53,351 nucleotides of DNA, filler included, from Bipalium vagum (GCA_037834085.1; 3 parts of 3 records of this genome joined end to end with filler, not necessarily neighbours in it); one strand, 5' to 3'; counted from the whole stretch's first letter, positions 39,630 through 52,794 are shown. Notes: generated by a model from the sequence alone, not told the origin. Numbers and translations are program-made.

Positions 39630-42600
39630 TTCAATGGCTTCTTCAATTATATAGTACAGTATTAAGATAAAAAATATTATTTCACAAGCAAGAATGAAAT
39701 AATCTTTTGGTGTTAAGTAGCGAATTAATTTAACAGTTCTGAATTGATAGGCGCTTAATGCTCCGCCGACAACAGGAAATTCTGCTACCAATCTACAAAC
39801 TCGATAATAATTTAATAATTATTATTATTTAACTTTATAATGCAAAATAGGTTGATGTTTGTGTTATAAACGACGAAATCAACAATTACAGCTCTTGTTC
39901 CTCTGTCAATCCAGTTATCTTTTAAAAGATTTAATAAATCGTTGAAGGAACTATTGAGATCTGTTTTCAAATCTTTATAATAACCCCCACCACCATAAGT
40001 AGCTATAGCTCCTTGAAATTCATCTGATTTCAAAATTGATTGTTTCGTGTAAGTCCACCTGTAGAAAAAAAATTTTAATAGAATACAAATTTTTTATTTT
40101 TACATATGTTTACATCAATTAATATTTATTAAAATAGTTTAGTAAAATTAAAAATTGACTAACTCTGGAAAAGTTTGCAGTCCGAAAGGAGATTTTGATT
40201 CATGAGCTATGGTATATGTAGCATAGCATTCTGATATTATTCTCTGGACATCAATTGGAACAATACAAGTATTATTTCCCACACGAACCTGTCTGATCCT
40301 TGGTATACCAATGAGTTTATTTTCATAATAGATAAAATTCTGCTCTTCTGCACTCATATTATTATCATTAGTCAATGTATTCCAATACAGACCATTCAGT
40401 AATGGACCAAATAGGAACTAAAGTCAATTAATTTTTAAAGCTTATCTGTATTGAGTAAGTTTTAATTTAAAAAAAAAACTAATTTATCGTGAAGGAAGCA
40501 GCTAAAATTTAAGTGATCGACAGAAGCCAAGTTAAGTAATAATTTTTCCGAATGGGAGGGGGTGATATGAGGTCTGATATTTATGTGTTGGTAGATTACA
40601 ATTATCATATTTAAAATTTTTTTTAGTGTGTTTCAATATTTAAATTGGTTAATTGGAAACAATAAAATCTGAGTTAATCGTTTAAGGAGAGAGTAACAGG
40701 TCAAAATAAATGATACTCTGGAACCACATCTAGCTGAATGGGGACGTTATGATTTTTAACGGATAACATTGTCTTAGACAATTCACTAAAGGGAGGATTT
40801 TTTTAAGTTCTCAGTAACCACTCGCAGATTTAAACATCTGCTAATAAATTGGTCTCTGTTAAATTATGAGATACCAACATTGAGTTGAAAAAAGTCTCAG
40901 AGTACTCGAATGATTTTTTACTTTTATCAATAATATATATATTTAAAATAGTTAATATTTTCCTAATGGTATAAGATGAATTCTATTAGGTCTAGTAATA
41001 AGTAGTTGCGGATTTTAAAGCGTTTATTTAGATCATGAAAATCTATTGATTTTGTTGATCTTGTCTGATGTATAATTGTTATAAAACAAAAATTTATTTA
41101 GGATATAATTAAATTAAATTTTATAAGTATTCTTTTAGATTGAAATGCAGGGTTTGTCAATTTTCTTTTTTTATTTGCTATTATTATTATTTTGAAAACT
41201 GATATTATTAGTGGTAATTAAATTTATTTTTGTGTACTTGTATGAAATATATTTTGGTTTAATTTTTTCAGATTGTTCTTTATAAGAAGTGATTCGAACA
41301 ATTAGTTATTTTGAATTTTTTAAAATAAGGACCTCACCCACAGATTAACAATTATTAAATGGTTTAATTTAAAGTTTTTAAAAATTATAATGTTACGTTT
41401 TTTAAATTTTAAATAAATATTTTAAATAAATGTTGGTTAATTTTAAAAATGTAATTGATTTAATTTTAATAAAAGGTGAGGTTCAAGTTTGAAAAGTTTG
41501 TTTGATTAATAGGATTTAATGAAATATATTATTATTATTGCTTCGACTTTGAATTTTTATTTACAAATGACTACTCAGATATAACTTTCTTAATTGTAAA
41601 TATATAATACATACTTATGTTGAACATACCAACATTGAATTACAAAATAATAAAATTACATGAAAAAACATGTAAGAGTAAAATTATTTTATTTTTGAAC
41701 GTATTTCAATTTCATTTCTGATACTTTTATTAATTGTTTCTAATGATTCTTAAATTTTTATATTTATTAAAAAGATTAAGAAATTAGGAAAAATAAATAA
41801 ATTAAAAAAATAAAATTAACAATAAATTTTCAAAATACTTAATTGAAATTATATTTTATTATTAATTTTTATTTAACTTATTTTAACTAAATTTTATGGT
41901 TGCGGTTAGAATAGGGATTAGAGTATTTTTTACTAAATTAATGAAAATGATAAACGTGCTTATTGTGTTACCTAAAATTTTAAAATTAAAATTTTCTTTT
42001 TTATGAGTGCCGGTTTTGCAAAAGATTTTAAAATTGTAAAAATGAATAATGTAAGAATTTGAAAATAATTAATAATTTTCGAATGGGCATCTTATCATTC
42101 ATATAGACATTTGAACATTTTATGGTGGTTTTGCATTCAATAGTCAAAGAACACCGCCTTAAAGATCTTCACAAATTTTGATAATATTGAACACATTCTA
42201 GGGTTATTAACTAAATTTCTTTGGTGCTTGATTTCCATAATTGCAGTTAATGGGTAATTCCATTGTCATAATAATATCGAATTAAATCAATTTTTAAATC
42301 TAAATTCTTATCTAAATTAAAATAATTCTTACCAGGTTTTCATTGAAACAAATATATAAAAAATTCTAAAAATATGTAGATTTAAATAAAATATATTTTC
42401 ATACAAAATTGATATTAAAGTTTATTTCCTCGATTTTGATACAACCGATATAATGATAATTTTTCTTAGAAAGTATTTTCTGAGAAATATGTTAGATGTT
42501 TATTTTGATATTTCCATCATTTAGAAAATCATAATAATATTATATTAAATTAATAGTATATTATATTTATCTTTTTAAAGAAATATATTCTTTTAAGATT

Positions 42601-45264
42601 AATAATTTTAATATTTTAATTAAATTTGTCTTACTTTCCAAAAATCAGATTCAGCACTCATCGTTAGAAAAGAACCAGAACTATCAGTAAATTGAGTATT
42701 AATAAATAAATTGGTCAGAAGGTTAGTGAACCAGTACATATATCCAGTTCTCATTCCAAATGTAACTAGAAATATATGAATTTCAGTAGTTATAACTTTT
42801 TAAAAGTGTTTATAAATATTTTTTTTGAAAAATAAAAAGATATTGTTTTCATACAAGGGTTATATATACTGAGGTTAGGCAAAAAGTTCTCAGACAAATG
42901 TAGAAAACTTATTTTTAAAATTTAATAAAAAAAGAAATTTCCAGGTCTGAGAAAATTTTTTTAAATATTACTTGTTTTGGGTAGAATTGTGTTTCATTGA
43001 TCTTAGTTGACGTTTAAGGATACCCAATATAATTTCTATGGAATTCAAATCAAAAGAATTACCTGCCCATGGTAAGATATCAATATTTTTATTTTGAAGG
43101 AAAGTCTGGGTACTGTTGGAATTATGAGGTGTAGCAAAATCATGTTGAAAAACGAATTCTGCTTTTGGGAAGACTAAGCATATTCAGACTGTCATTGTCA
43201 TGAAATATCTCTTTTTGATATCTCTCAGGACTTATATTTCCATTGATACTTTTCAGAACTCTAACTCCATTACTGTTGAAGCAGCTCCAGACATTTATAT
43301 ATGAACCATGTCCCATAACTGGTTAGAGGCAGGTTGCACTTTTTCAATGAGATTCTTCGAATCAATAATTTATTTGATGATAAATATGACTGAGAAAAAC
43401 ACTCGTGGCTGAATAGCATATTTCCCCATTTATCTGCATCCCAAGAACGCAGGAAAGTCTCTTGAGACGTTGATGCATTTTCAAATACGGGTTCTTAATG
43501 CCTGCATAACTTGTTCAGAGTTTTCTGGACGGTTCTGACAGATACATTTTGTACAGAACTTGTATTGTACATACGAGTAATATTATGAACATCTAATAAG
43601 AGATCGGCTTTGCAAATGCGTCTTATAGCTCGTGAAGCTTGGGGAGAAATAAAAATTGGTTTGCCATTTCTCAACTTATCTCGCACGGATCCTGTTTTCA
43701 GATATTTTTTCCAAACATATTGAATGCCGCGCTTTTCAAGTAATTCAAGAGGTATTTCTGTCCATGATTTTTCATTATTCAGTAATATAACGATTACATT
43801 TCTTTGAAATTCTGTTAAATTTCTAGATATATTTATTTATCGTGTTGTGTAAAAAGTAATGTCGACTTTATCACAAAAACGTCCAACAAAAATAATTAAG
43901 TCATAAAAAAATCTATTCATTGAAATGTTGCTTCACTATCTACTTCTATAACCTTAAGCCCTTGTTCCACTAGCATTTCAATTTATGATTTTTGGAATTA
44001 ATGAATTCTCGAAAGGCATTTTACAGTTCATCCTGGTTTTTAAAGACTTGTCTGCAAGAAAGTTTGACAAAGATCAAATAAATGAAAATCTATAGGGGCA
44101 ATGCCTGGTTAATAATTAGGATGAAGTCTTTCAATTTTTTAGAGTTAGTTTTGAAGTCTTGCATTTTCTTGCAGGAGAATTGGAATTTTTCTGTTGACAA
44201 ATGATGGTTGCTGAATTTTAAGATTTTCATGAACTTTATCAAGCAAATTGTAGTAGACATCAGATGTTATGGTTCGGCCTCCTTTGAAAAACTCAAATTA
44301 GATTACAACAGACATGGACCACCAGACACTTACCATTGTCTTCTTGAAATGAATTTCTCGTTTTGCCACTTTCTCTGCAGGCTCACTCTCATCAAACCAT
44401 TATCCAGAGCGACGAGAATAGTCATAAGTGATCCACTTCTCATCATTGATGATAATTCTGTTCAAAAATTCATTGTTGTTGCATAGTACCAAAGAAGTGC
44501 AGAGATTTTTTTCACTCAATTTGTGTGAAACCCATCGATCATGCTTCCACACTTTGCCAACATGATTTACAAGAAAAAATCTTTCAGTTTACAAATTGAT
44601 TACAAAATTATATTACTAAAATTAAAGTCTAATGCTGATTTGGACAATTTTGTTTTTCACTATCTGAGGGATAATAAAAAGCACAATATTTGTAGAAGAT
44701 TGATTTATTATTAAGATAATGTATTTTAATATTTAAAATATAATTTTTAAAATAAAATTTTGAAATATGGTAGAAATTGAATTTTTAAAACTGATATTGA
44801 TCATTTAGAGACAGTTAAAAATAAGTGCGTGAACATAATTTCGTTATTACATAGTAATAAAAATCAAAGATTAAATATAATTAATTCTTAATTAATTTCT
44901 ATTGTTATAAAATTATGATTATACTTATAACTTACTGATCACTAAAATGCCGATAAAAAATATGTAAATTAATAATTCCCGAATAGTTGTATTAATATAA
45001 AGATTTTTATCATTTTCAAAATCTTCAGTTTGCTTTGTTGCCCATAAAGCTAAAAAAAATTATATTTTATAATAAATTCCTAAATTTACATCTTAGTCCT
45101 CGAGTAAACCGATTCCAACAGTTATTGACACTAAGATCATTTTTTTTATAACTTTCCATGACCGAAATTTCTCCATTATTATATATTTCACTATCCATTC
45201 CAGTTGGATGATTTTCTAATTCGTAGTCTACATCTAATTTCTTCTCCGTATTATGTTTTGACAT
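39630..45264 (-). CDS. PKD2: Polycystin-2 (TRPP) family cation channel; first six coding exons (S1, TOP domain, S2), remainder not found before the linker
   Basis: Exons 45090-45264, 44936-45049, 42635-42765, 40164-40417, 39834-40058 and 39630-39792 are in phase. Motifs: LWATK, TTIRELIIY, TFGM...YWFT, DFWKFL.GPLLNGLYW, FIYYENKLIGIPRIRQVRV, YGGGGY, WIDRGTRA, VYNTNINLFC, EFPVVGG and ACEIIFF..YYIIEE. PKD2 versus PKD2L paralogue is not resolvable here. Confidence 0.93.
42866..43850 (-). mobile_element. Tc1-family transposon remnant in a PKD2 intron
   Basis: LTEFQRNVIV, KYLKTGSVRDKLRNGKP, VSVRTVQKTL, HGSYINVWSCF, VFQHDFATPH and WAGNSFDLNSIE. Confidence 0.82.
44030..44600 (-). mobile_element. mariner transposase remnant in a PKD2 intron
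   Basis: GKVWKHDRWVSHKL, FLNRIIINDEKWITYD and a VMVSVWW-like segment. Confidence 0.75.
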
Positions 45265-46010
45265 TTTACTAAACGATATATATTGTTAATATAATTTCTT
45301 ATTTAGATATTCTTTTTTTTTTAATTTTTTTTCATAATATCGAATTTATAAAGATTAAAAACGAAACATATCTGAAAACTAAATAAGTTGTGTTTGGTTT
45401 GAGATAATTTTTTGTTTAAAATTATATTATAAACTATATACAAGAAATTGAGAATATTATAATGTACATGAAAAAGGCAAAAATCATTTAAATTGTTTCA
45501 TTTAATCAATCTTATAAGAATTAAAAATATATTAACTTATAATTTCTTTTATTATTAATTATGGTTTGTAAGATTAATAATAATTTTAACTTTGTTTTAT
45601 AAGGTAAAATCAAATTTGAAAAATAAAATATTTTAAAATATCTTCAAAATTCACTGGAATCTATTTTTCATACTAAATGGATATAAATAATATTAATTTC
45701 ATTATAGTTTCAATTGAATATATATATTAATTAAATTATTTATAATGGATTTAATTATTTAAACAAATTCATCATATAATTTTAAATATCTTTATCGAAA
45801 ATTAAAAAAATACTTGATTAAACTATTATGTACTTACCATTTTCATACTAATAATCTAAATTTCTTAACTTAATTTTGTTATTTTACTTTGAAAAATTAA
45901 CATTTAAAGTATAGTTTCAGTAATTTAACAATTAATCACTTACTCAATATTTTTAAAACCAAATATTAAAATTATCTTTGACTCCTATAACTTTATGGAA
46001 TAACCACAAA

Positions 46011-46062
46011 TATCTTAGCAACAAACCATTGTTTTAATTTTACCATGACAAAAATGACAACA
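46011..46062. promoter_or_regulatory. Candidate RFX X-box-like cluster upstream of PKD2
   Basis: TATCTTAGCAAC (46011-46022), TTTACCATGACAAA (46039-46052) and a further ATGACAAC half-site, about 750 bp upstream of the PKD2 ATG. Confidence 0.35.
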
Positions 46063-46989
46063 AATGGAAGATGCGCATGTGTAAGGTCTATCTATTCCAT
46101 ATTTTTCTGTAGAAATTTTCTAACCTGCTTTTAATAATTTTAAAAATATTGCTAAATGAAGGAAAGCCATTTAATCTTTGAAAATTAATTTTATAGAATC
46201 AGATAATGAAATTTTATTTAATTTTAATTAATCAAGTTCAAATACTTAGTTTTTTTATTTTAATATATAAACTTATTTTATAAATTAGATTAAAAAAGTA
46301 AAATAAAAACAAACATCTTTATACGTTTTAAATAATTATTATTTTATTTTTGAAGTTTAATTTAACAGTCTAACCAGTTTCTTAGGTTTTTAATAAACAG
46401 TTCGATAATAATAAGTTATTTATATAACTCAAAATAATTATTACAATTAATGTTATTACAATTAATTAATATTATCAATAAAAATAACAATCAAAGTATT
46501 TAAACAAAGTAATTTCAGTTTAATAATTTAAAAATAAAATTTGAAGATTGCAAACAATCATTATAATAAATTAAACAAAATGAAAACGAAACGTTAATTA
46601 AAGATATCTGGTTCTTGCCAGTCAAGAATTTATGAGAATGATACAGAGGAGTCCATAATAAATATCGTTTTTAAAACAATTATTTTTGCATTTTTGTGTC
46701 GCTAAATACTTTTTTTATGTGTATGCTATTTTCCCTCCTTTTACATATTGCCCTCAAGACACAGTTATTAATAAATTGATGCAAACCGTTTCTTGGGAGA
46801 AAATAAATAATTTTTTAAATTGTCCGTTCCTTATTGCAAATATGATTTATTATAATAATAATTATTATCATTACTATTATTATTGTTATTATTATTATTT
46901 AATAAAAGGAGTGATGAAGATAAATAAAAGAATTAAATAAAAATATTTAATTAAATTTGTTTGATTAATTGATTGTTGCACCATAGTAG

Positions 46990-47820
46990 ATTTTGGAAGT
47001 AATAAAAGTTTTGAGGTGGAATTAACTTTTTCCTTAGAACAGATTAATAAGGTGATCAAACCAACAGACCCATTAGTGGAGAATATTTACTGTGACAGTG
47101 AGATACGGAGTTCAGACTTTTTTCAAAAGGTCAAACTGAATGTTAAAGAATGCTGAAACGTGAATGATGAAAGAATGAAGCGAGAATCAGATTGATGAGT
47201 GAAAAGATTGCAAGACAGTTACAGGTACAAAATTATAAAGAGGCGAAGATAATCTGCGTTGCGCAAACGAAACCAGATCTGAGACGATTGACAAGCTCGA
47301 GATAGAAGTTTTAATCAACAAAGGGCGAGAAAAGGTTATTTTCATTTTTGTAAAATCGGTAACACCAGGTATCATCGGTTGTTTGATTTACAGAGACAAT
47401 TCCGTTTTGTTTTCAGTCAGATTTAGAGTAGAAAAGTGACATCCCACGAGGAAGTTTATAGTGATGAACATCTGTGTGGAATCGAACCAAGATTTGATAG
47501 GACGATAAAAATAGGAGAGAGGAAGTAAATAGCCTTGAAGACATTGGGGATAAAGCAAGATTCAACTTTAGGACAGATTATATAGGAGTTTAAAGATGCG
47601 TTTATGGTTGACAAGTGGAACATTGGATATGCATATCTGATGAGACAGAGTATTTTAATCAACAGCAAACCAATAATATCAAACCTTATAGACAACCGAT
47701 GAATTGGAAAACGAAAAGTAATGAAGCTGATCAGAATCTGTATGATAATGTGATAATTATATATTCATTCACCTTGGATATGCCTTTTATCTGAGCTGAA
47801 GAAAGATTAAAAAAGGACGG
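46990..47820 (+). mobile_element. Decayed LTR-retrotransposon (Gypsy-like) protease/pol fragment
   Basis: NLRCANETRSETIDKLEIEV...TPGIIG resembles the retropepsin flap and C-terminal IIG motif; purine-rich with many stops. Confidence 0.45.
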
Positions 47821-48289
47821 TATAAATTTCAGACAGTTAGATGCAATTACGGAGAGGCTAGCTTATCATTAAGTCTATGAAATTATTGGACCAGTTGGGA
47901 GAGGCAAATAATATTTGGAAACGCCTATGCTATTGTTCATTATTTAGTGTATCAACTTTAACCTGACTCAAACTCTTAGGTGGCGCAAAAATAACAACAA
48001 TCAGTAAAGCAATTATTTGTATTTATATCACAATATCTCACACAAATCACAACGATAACAATAAAACAAAATCGTCAAACTCAATAAATGTATCACTAGA
48101 AATAATAATGCCTAGAATGTCTTAAATGTTATGGATAGAATCAATCAATTAAAATAATTTTTTAATTGAAATAAAGTGATAATTAAAACAATAAAAATCA
48201 GTTAATTAAAAAAATGCTCACTAAAATAATAATTAGTAAATAATAATAAATGTTAAAGAAAAAAATATGAATAATAAACAAAAACAATC

Positions 48290-48600
48290 TTACAGGTTAT
48301 CTTCGTTTAAAATTCCCGAACTATCAGCTGAGCCGTTACGGTTGCTGAGAGATAGACCTCTGAAACGTAATCTCAAAAACAATTTTATTAACATTAATGA
48401 AAGTAATTCGTTGATATAATAATCAAGGACAGTAAATCTTTCGGTAAAGAAACTTTTCGTCAAAAAACTCTTTATTAATAAAATTTCTTGATCGTTTTTC
48501 CAGTGCGAACTTTTACTGAAATGCCTCGGCTTATACACTTTTCTGATGTTCATCTTGACTTTGAGTTTATTCTTTTGATTATCCTTGGAAATTATTCAGC
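48290..48600 (-). mobile_element. Possible Penelope-like element fragment
   Basis: IRKVYK/GISVKVRTGKTIKKF resembles the linker between the RT thumb and GIY-YIG endonuclease. An adjacent degenerate hammerhead-like string lies on the opposite strand. Confidence 0.3.
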
Positions 48601-48949
48601 CGATAATTATTATTATTATTGTTACTACTATATCTCAATAATGTAACTTGTGCTCGTCTACTAGTGACTCCTTACTTTAATAAAGTTGTGCTCGTAATTT
48701 GGTTAACCTGAGCTTGAATCAAAATCCTCACGATAAAACCTTATCTATTGAATCAAAACACCCACTTTAATATTCTATCCGCACCCTGATTGAATCAAAG
48801 CAAATCACAATAAAACTTTATTATAGTCACTTGTACCACCCAAAATCACAATTTAAATCAATTCCATACAAAAACCAACACTAATCAATGGTCTAAAAAC
48901 TCGAGTCAATGTAAGCGAATGTTAGGATGAGATAGGGTATTCAAAAGGG

Positions 48950-50862
48950 TATTCTCTCCTTCCTTCTGAAAGATATTGAATAAATCCAGATATCAGTTTA
49001 TCGGCCTTCTATTCGCTTCTTATTCTTTCCAACTGAGAAAGAATATTATGAACGGCACTGGTGTATTTTGTTTATGGCTTTTCAATCTTGGTTTGTTCAT
49101 CCTTCGTTTGACATTGAAAGCACACCAAATGGGAAATTCTGGATATTCCATCAGCATTACTATGATTCTGGCCTTTTCTATACCAGTTCAAAATTGTATT
49201 CTGATAGATTGGCTAGTCAAGTTTGAAACTGTGGACTAATACGGTTCTTCGTGGTGTTTATAAAAACCAAAGCTTTATGATCCGTTCTCACAAAAAACTG
49301 TTTTCCATATAAATACTGCTTGAAATGGAGAACAAATTCATAGATTGATAACAGCTCTTTTTTGGTGATACAATATCCAAATTCATGAGTAGATTATCTA
49401 GAGGCATAAGCAATCACTGTTTCACTTCCATCTTCCTTTAGCTAACTCAAAATAGATACAATCGCTCCAAAGCTTGCACTGTATCAAGATCTATTGACGA
49501 ATAATATTTTAAATCAGCCAAGAAATTTTTTTTGCATGTCTGGCATCGGGAACATGTATTCTTCTGTTATGGCGTTTACACGTCTGAAATTCACGCAAAT
49601 TCGGATAGACCCATCCTTCTTTCTGACAACCACCAACGGGAAGTTCCATGCACTTTTGCATTTGGAAATGACAACGGCATCTAAAACCATCTCATCATGA
49701 CAATAATATCAACTTCGATCTCCTTTTCCTTCCAAGAGATCTTTCTCCTCCAGACGAAAATACGCCACTCAACAACATTTTTCTTTCAATTAAGCGTGGA
49801 TTTCGAAGTTTGTTCCAACAATTTTCGTTCATCACAGTAACTGAGGCTCCGGAATCCCACAACATTTCGATCTTCATGCCTCTTATCTTCATCCAACTCC
49901 ACTGCCTGCCATCTGCTGTCTCGAGCCTCAGCAACTAGCACATTCCGATTTTGTGAGGATCTTAATGGTTCAACTCCACAGACGAAACGTGAGCATTGAG
50001 GTCAGCCTGTTTTTTTTTCTTCATCGGATTCATAAGCATCGTCTTGGTTTTGTGAATCATCTTCTACTTCATTATGAATGCACATCAAGGATCTTCTTGG
50101 AATTCTCGAATTTGAATTAAACGGAAAAGGTGATTTATTTTTACTCATTTTTTTATCTTTTACTAAAATCAAACATTTGTTTTTCAGTGGACAATGCATT
50201 CGCACTTGATCGTCAACACCGCGACAAAAATATTGATTCGACCGCAGATATTCATCTTGTGGTGCTGGAATACCTTTACATCTATTGTAAAATCGTCTGT
50301 CTATATGCTTGGTAGAGAATTGTGGAGCTTCTCGTTGCTCTGAATATGTTGACTTATCTTCTCGTCTTTGTTGTCTTCAAAATCCGTCATCTCTTCGATA
50401 TTCTTTCTGTGCTTCTTTAATTATAGGAGCAAATGTCAAATTTGTCCTTTCAGCAACTCGATTGTACACACATGTATCAGCACGTTTCGGATAAAATTCT
50501 TTGAACAGTTTCTGCATAATTTATTTGTCCTACGATATTGACTTCAATTTCCTTCTGATTCATTTTTGATTCCTGTGTTTCAAATAGTTTGGTCATAGCT
50601 CTTCTATCTTCGACTTTGGTGATCGGTTTCAAAACAAGGGAATCACGAGGGATTTCTCAGATAATAGTAGATCAAATACGCCGACCAGACATGTCATTCA
50701 TACTGAACCATTCTTCAATATCTTTGGGCTTCAGTAGAGCTCCTGCCGTTTTATCATATGATTTGAAATCCCAAAATTTCATGTGCATTTTTTGGAAAAG
50801 CATCCATAACTATTTTTTTCATGCTTCTGGTTATAGCATGTACATTTTCGGTGTGGTCGCCA
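48950..50862 (-). mobile_element. Ty3/Gypsy LTR retrotransposon, decayed gag-pol with internal deletions
   Basis: PBS-like TGGCGACC at 50862-50855. Degenerate zinc knuckle near 50200. Protease WDSGASVTV. RT WNFPLVVVRKKDGSIRICVNFRRVNAIT..MFPMP. RNase H VIAYASR, KELLSI, FKQYLYGKQFFVRTDHKAL and YRKGQNHSNADGISR. Confidence 0.9.
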
Positions 50863-50995
50863 GTTAGTTCTTCTTTACTACACATTAAAAAAAAGCTAGA
50901 GTTATAAAAAATATCTATTCAAACAAAAAATGATTATGTAACACGTAACTATTATTATTACACATTGTAAGCGGCATAGATTTTTGTTTGTTCAG

Positions 50996-51313
50996 TAAAG
51001 CACATGATACCCATCATCCGGCTCTATATGACTTCCCTATTTCATGTAAGCGAACTCTTATCGTTTCCGAATGACAATCGAAAATTGTAGCGAATTCTCC
51101 AGTGCCTTGTTTTGGGTTCTCATAAATCAATCACTTCAGCAAAAATTAGTTCTCTGGAGATTTTCAAGACTTCTGATCCCATCTTTAGTTTTTTAAAATC
51201 ATTTTTTGCATTGGGTAACAGAGAGTTCTTTATGAAAATAGATTTTCATAATCTTTAGTGAGGCTTCTAGCTTTGGTGCCTTGGTCATACTCTACCAACA
51301 ACCAGTGCTTGAA
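50996..51313 (+). CDS. Putative exons of an unidentified spliced gene
   Basis: Exons 50996-51045, 51091-51214 and 51259-51313 are separated by 45- and 44-nt GT-AG introns, with one continuous open frame from ATG 51004. No homology recognised. Confidence 0.35.
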
Positions 51314-51579
51314 GTGAGTATTTTTAATACTTTTTGCCATTAGAGTTTGAATTCAAACAAATATAATATACATTTTAACAAAGAATTTCAAATAAATTTC
51401 ATTAAAATAAAACTTTAGTTTTGCAATATAACTATTCACAATTTAATTGGACTCCTATGTTTTTCATTTTATATTTTTTTCTCATTCCCATGGTTTTAGA
51501 ATTTGTTATTTCTTTTTTAATTGATTCTTTGACTTTTTTTGATTTATTGAAGATCGTTTTGGAAAAATAAATAATGTAT

Positions 51580-52210
51580 GGCATATGGTGCCAGAAAACT
51601 TTGGACTACAGTCCTTGAAAAAAAGCCAAATCAAAATTTTTTTTCAAATAATGGCCTCTTAAGTCAACACATTTTTGCAGACAATTGAACTACTTTTCCA
51701 TTCTGAAGTTAGCACTTTAGATACCAATAATTCGAATTTTGTAATAACTGTTTAAGGTGATAAAAACATTCACAACATTATTTCTTTAAAAATAAAAGGA
51801 AATAAGATAATAAGTCAAGTGAATATATGGTGTATTAATTCAGCGCCTAGGGATCAAGGATTTGATTAGTCTGGTTTTGTTGTGATAAGGAATAATTTGA
51901 CGATTTCGACTGTTCTGAAAATTAAATATGGTAAGGAAACTGTTGTACACTATTCATCATTAACAAATTTTTTATTCTCTAAAGTTCTTTCAAACCGAAT
52001 AAACATGGAATTTTTTTCTTTGCGAGAATTTTAAATAGTCTAAATAGCTGGTTACTTCCATGTCCGAATGAATAAATCAATGTTTCATCACCAGTGACAA
52101 TATAAATTAATTTTAAACGACCTTTGTTTAATTTCTGGAATATTTTTGGCATTAATATGATATTATTTAAAAATAATTTTGTAAGCAAAAAAATACCAAG
52201 TAACATTTAT
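51580..52210 (-). mobile_element. mariner transposase remnant
   Basis: YIVTGDETLIY plus fragments resembling the C-terminal part of the transposase. Confidence 0.6.
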
Positions 52211-52794
52211 TGGACTAATTAATAATTCATTAATGTCCTAAATTTAAAAAACCTTAGTTAGGATCAAATAACAAAAACGTTGACATAATTTTAATTAATT
52301 TATATAACTAATAGCAGTTAATTAATTAATTATATTTTATTGATTATAAATTATAAATTAGTTTCGATTAATTTTAACATGAAATACTTTAAAAAGACTT
52401 AAGTGAGTTCTTCCAAAAATTTTTTGGTAAGTCAAATTGTGGTTTGTGATTAATGTTAAAGTTTTTACAAAAATTTAATTAGTAATTAATTCTACATTTT
52501 ATACAATGTAATTAAGTCTCGCTAAAAGATGACATTTTAGTGAAGATTGTTAATGACACTAAATAAGAAAAGATTTTAGTATATTATTATAGAAGAGTGT
52601 CAACTAAAATGTAATTTGACTTTCCAGAGTAGTAAAAGGATTTCCTCAAGAAATTTACATAGGGATTTTGATAAGTACATAACCAAAGTTTTTAAGAAAT
52701 TAATATATACATCGAATGTAATGTCTAACGTCGTTTCTAACTTTAAAAAATGTAGACGAATGTTATCTTAAGCCAGCCATTCATAAGTATTCAC

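Noticed and set aside
1772-45264. All five host genes on the same strand as an operon-like functional cluster
   Set aside because: The genes are functionally unrelated, several kb apart, and lie on three artificially joined contigs.
26790-45264. PKD2-MPPE1 fusion reading
   Set aside because: A linker lies between them and MPPE1 has its own N-terminus.
50130-50867. Plus-strand ORFs of 61-92 aa
   Set aside because: Antisense shadows of the minus-strand Gypsy gag.
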